Below are positions 55,321 through 57,780 of a stretch of 57,780 nt of DNA, one piece after another. Every line of letters starts with the position of its first letter. Position 1 is the stretch's first letter. The translations under genes were made by a program, and so were the position numbers. The DNA lies in sequence record DRR378314_1793. One strand, 5' to 3'. The notes under the pieces were generated by a model, which was given only the letters and a program-made list of their open reading frames with translations, was not told the DNA's origin and did not search any database.

Positions 55321-55405
55321 GTTATTTTTTGTTACTTTTTTAATATTTTTTAATCAGCTGTTTTTGGTACACTTTAAGCAATTACAATAATAAACTCAGT
55401 TACCA

Positions 55406-56497
55406 ATGAAAATACGTACCTTTAGTCTGATCATCGTTTCGAGCATACTAGCAGCGTGTAGTGCTGCGAATCATGTGCAGATCATTGCTGGCCCAGATAC
55501 GATTGTACCTCTTCATAAAGATGGTGAACGAGCTGGCCGCTATCATAACCTTTACCCCGGCAAAAAAACTTACCCTGTTAGCTGTAAAAGTGACTGCTAC
55601 CCAAAAAACACTCGCTTAGTATGTGAAACAGAGGCTGAAAACTGTCAGTACCAAGGCGAGCGAATAAATCCTAAACTCAAAACTGGTTTCGTTGTTCGTT
55701 GGCTCGGGCATGCTGGGTTTATGATAAAAACCCCCAACGGGCAACAAGTGGTATTTGATCCAGTTAAAGATCAATTTGATTCTCCTGTTGATTTAGCCTT
55801 TAGACTCGCCTCTGGGTTTTACCGTAAACCTGGCGATTGGCTTACAAAAAGCGAAATAAATAACTTAGACGCTGTGATGTATTCACATATTCATTATGAT
55901 CATTTTAATAAAGCAGATATAGAAGAAATCGGTAATTCACCTCGCTATTTAACACCTCTGGGTATGGCAGATAACTTCCCCACGGGTGGCTTTAATATTA
56001 GCGAAATGGCTTGGTATGCAAAAACCAAGATCGATGATTTAACCCTTCATGCACTGCCTGCACACCATTTTAGTAGTCGTGTTTTAGTGCCGTTTATCTA
56101 CGAAGATAACGATAAAGATCTATGGAGTAGCTGGCTACTTGAACAAAATGGTAAAACACTGTTTTTTGCCGGTGATACAGGTTATTCACAGCATTTTAGC
56201 GATATTGAGCAAAAATACGGTGAAATTGATATTTGTTTAATACCCATAGCCTCTTATTACCATGAAGAAAATGGCGACTGGTATCGTTACGTTCATACCA
56301 CACCAGAGGATGCGCTAAGTGCAGCACAAGACCTTAACTGTAAGGTCATGATCCCATGGGGATATGGAAATTCTAGTTGGAAAATGGGCGATCACAGCAG
56401 CCACTCAGCACTGCTGCGCTTATTACACATGTACAACAAAATGGAGTCGCCAACTCCTCTGTATATTTTAAATGAAGGAGAAAGCGTCGCTTTATAA
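55406..56497 (+). CDS. Metallo-beta-lactamase-fold lipoprotein (NAPE-PLD-like)
   Basis: LAAC lipobox, WLGHA, SHIHYDH, PAHHFS, FAGDTGY. Confidence 0.82.
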   Translation: MKIRTFSLIIVSSILAACSAANHVQIIAGPDTIVPLHKDGERAGRYHNLYPGKKTYPVSCKSDCYPKNTRLVCETEAENCQYQGERINPKLKTGFVVRWLGHAGFMIKTPNGQQVVFDPVKDQFDSPVDLAFRLASGFYRKPGDWLTKSEINNLDAVMYSHIHYDHFNKADIEEIGNSPRYLTPLGMADNFPTGGFNISEMAWYAKTKIDDLTLHALPAHHFSSRVLVPFIYEDNDKDLWSSWLLEQNGKTLFFAGDTGYSQHFSDIEQKYGEIDICLIPIASYYHEENGDWYRYVHTTPEDALSAAQDLNCKVMIPWGYGNSSWKMGDHSSHSALLRLLHMYNKMESPTPLYILNEGESVAL

Positions 56498-56767
56498 AGC
56501 GACGTTTGGATACATATTATCGGGGTCTTCAGTACTGCATTCATTACCACCAAGTGAACGATTGATTGGCCCCAATAGCATCTGTAAGAACCCATTAATC
56601 ACATTCATTTCTTGGTTTGTATCTGTCCTATCCATAGCAAGGTTTTGCGCTTGTCGTTGCTGGCTTTGTGCGCCGCCAACAACAAAATCACAACCCGAGC
56701 TCATCATTTGTGAAGAAGTACAACCTGATAACAACACAACCATAACTAAGGGTAACGCTTTAGCCAC
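56492..56767 (-). CDS. Small hypothetical lipoprotein
   Basis: GTG start after AAGGAA; LLSGC lipobox. Confidence 0.55.
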   Translation of the reverse strand: MAKALPLVMVVLLSGCTSSQMMSSGCDFVVGGAQSQQRQAQNLAMDRTDTNQEMNVINGFLQMLLGPINRSLGGNECSTEDPDNMYPNVAL

Positions 56768-56959
56768 AATAATTCCTTGAATGTGTATTAGTTTAAGCAA
56801 CCCCGTTATTTTACCTATTTTAAACACTAAAAAATGTAAAAATCTGTTCTTATCGTATGCTGGTAACTACAGATGTTATTTAGCAGTCGTCCCTTTTTAC
56901 TTGTTGTTTTCAAACTATGTTTCAGACAATATTACTAAAAATATATATTTGAGAATAAC

Positions 56960-57688
56960 ATGAAAAAATCAGCATTGATTTCAAGCTTATTAGTATGTAA
57001 TGCAGCTTTCGCTATTGATGTAGAACACACATCTACGCCAATTACTATTGATGGTGTTGCTGAAAGCGCTTGGGACAAAGCCACTTGGCAAACCATGCCA
57101 TACCTTATGGATGGCACTCTCCCAGACTCAAGCAAGGACTTTAAAGGTCGCTACAAATTACTGTGGGATGAGGGTTATCTGTACTTGCAAGCTGATATTG
57201 CTGATGATGTACTAATTGATACACACCCAGATCCAACGGTAAAATATTGGGATGATGATGCTCTCGAAATCTTTATTGACAGTGATGCGTCTGGCGGTAA
57301 ACATCAATTTAACCATACAGCATTTGCCTATCATATTGGCCTTGATAACCAAGCCGCCGATTTCGGGCCAGATAAAAAGCCTCACTTATACACAGACCAC
57401 TTAGTCAGTCGCTGGCAGCGTAATACGAACGTTCCCTACAATATCACTTGGGAAGTAGCAATAAAGCTCTACCCAAATGATTACCAAGAAGGCAAGCAAA
57501 ACACCCCGCTTAAATTAACGCCAAAGCAAGTAGTTGGCTTTATGCTCGCCTACTGCGATAACGACGGCAGTAAAGTTCGTGAGCACTTTATGGGCTCACA
57601 CGACGTACAGCCTGTTAACGGCAGTCGTAACCTTGGCTATATAGATGCTGATGTGTTTGGCAAAATCACTTTACTACCGAAAAAGTGA
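56960..57688 (+). CDS. Secreted stand-alone CBM9-like (DOMON-like) sugar-binding protein
   Basis: Signal peptide, PITIDG...W, LLWDEGYLY, DDALEIFID, WEVAI, DND. Confidence 0.8.
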   Translation: MKKSALISSLLVCNAAFAIDVEHTSTPITIDGVAESAWDKATWQTMPYLMDGTLPDSSKDFKGRYKLLWDEGYLYLQADIADDVLIDTHPDPTVKYWDDDALEIFIDSDASGGKHQFNHTAFAYHIGLDNQAADFGPDKKPHLYTDHLVSRWQRNTNVPYNITWEVAIKLYPNDYQEGKQNTPLKLTPKQVVGFMLAYCDNDGSKVREHFMGSHDVQPVNGSRNLGYIDADVFGKITLLPKK

Positions 57689-57701
57689 TATAAGTTAGTA
57701 T

Positions 57702-57728
57702 GTAGGTTGGAAGCGCAGCAAAACCCAA
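57702..57728 (+). repeat. Degenerate GTAG-type REP-like element
   Basis: GTAGGTTGG-AAGCGCAGCAAAA-CCCAA just after the stop codon; resembles GTAG-tetranucleotide REP hairpins; single copy seen in the window. Confidence 0.4.
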
Positions 57729-57780
57729 AAAATAGAGGCTTTAGATTATCAGTTGTTTTAGCTCTTACTCTTTTAGAGCT

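Overview
A chromosomal segment of a marine gammaproteobacterium, most consistent with Pseudoalteromonas (inferred from gene order and protein character). It is mostly core genes: hflX-hfq-miaA-mutL-amiB-tsaE, accC-accB-aroQ, dsbD-cutA, fxsA-groES-groEL with sigma32-type promoters, nnr, speD-yhfA, astD-astA-astC/argD, pabA, ompA/oprF, selO, tag, pldA, yiiD, dtd, yihY. No rRNA, tRNA, CRISPR array or intact mobile element was seen. Four accessory items stand out. (1) A lysine-riboswitch-controlled operon: dapA, dapD, a fold-III PLP decarboxylase and an M14 desuccinylase. The decarboxylase has a BtrK/SbnH-like C-T-x-x-D element instead of LysA's C-E-S-G-D. This suggests a hypothetical route N-succinyl-LL-DAP -> N2-succinyl-lysine -> lysine that bypasses DapE/DapF/LysA. 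(2) An AT-rich insert after groEL encoding heme oxygenase, a bacteriophytochrome kinase with bathy-type residues, a LexA/CI-like XRE-S24 repressor and an Rcp1-like regulator. (3) A coupled 2OG-dioxygenase plus a Cys-less class-V PLP enzyme. (4) A locus with an outer-membrane barrel, a helical lipoprotein and a giant internally duplicated lipoprotein. Several candidate cis-regulatory RNA structures are also noted. All assignments come from motif reading; no database searches were run.
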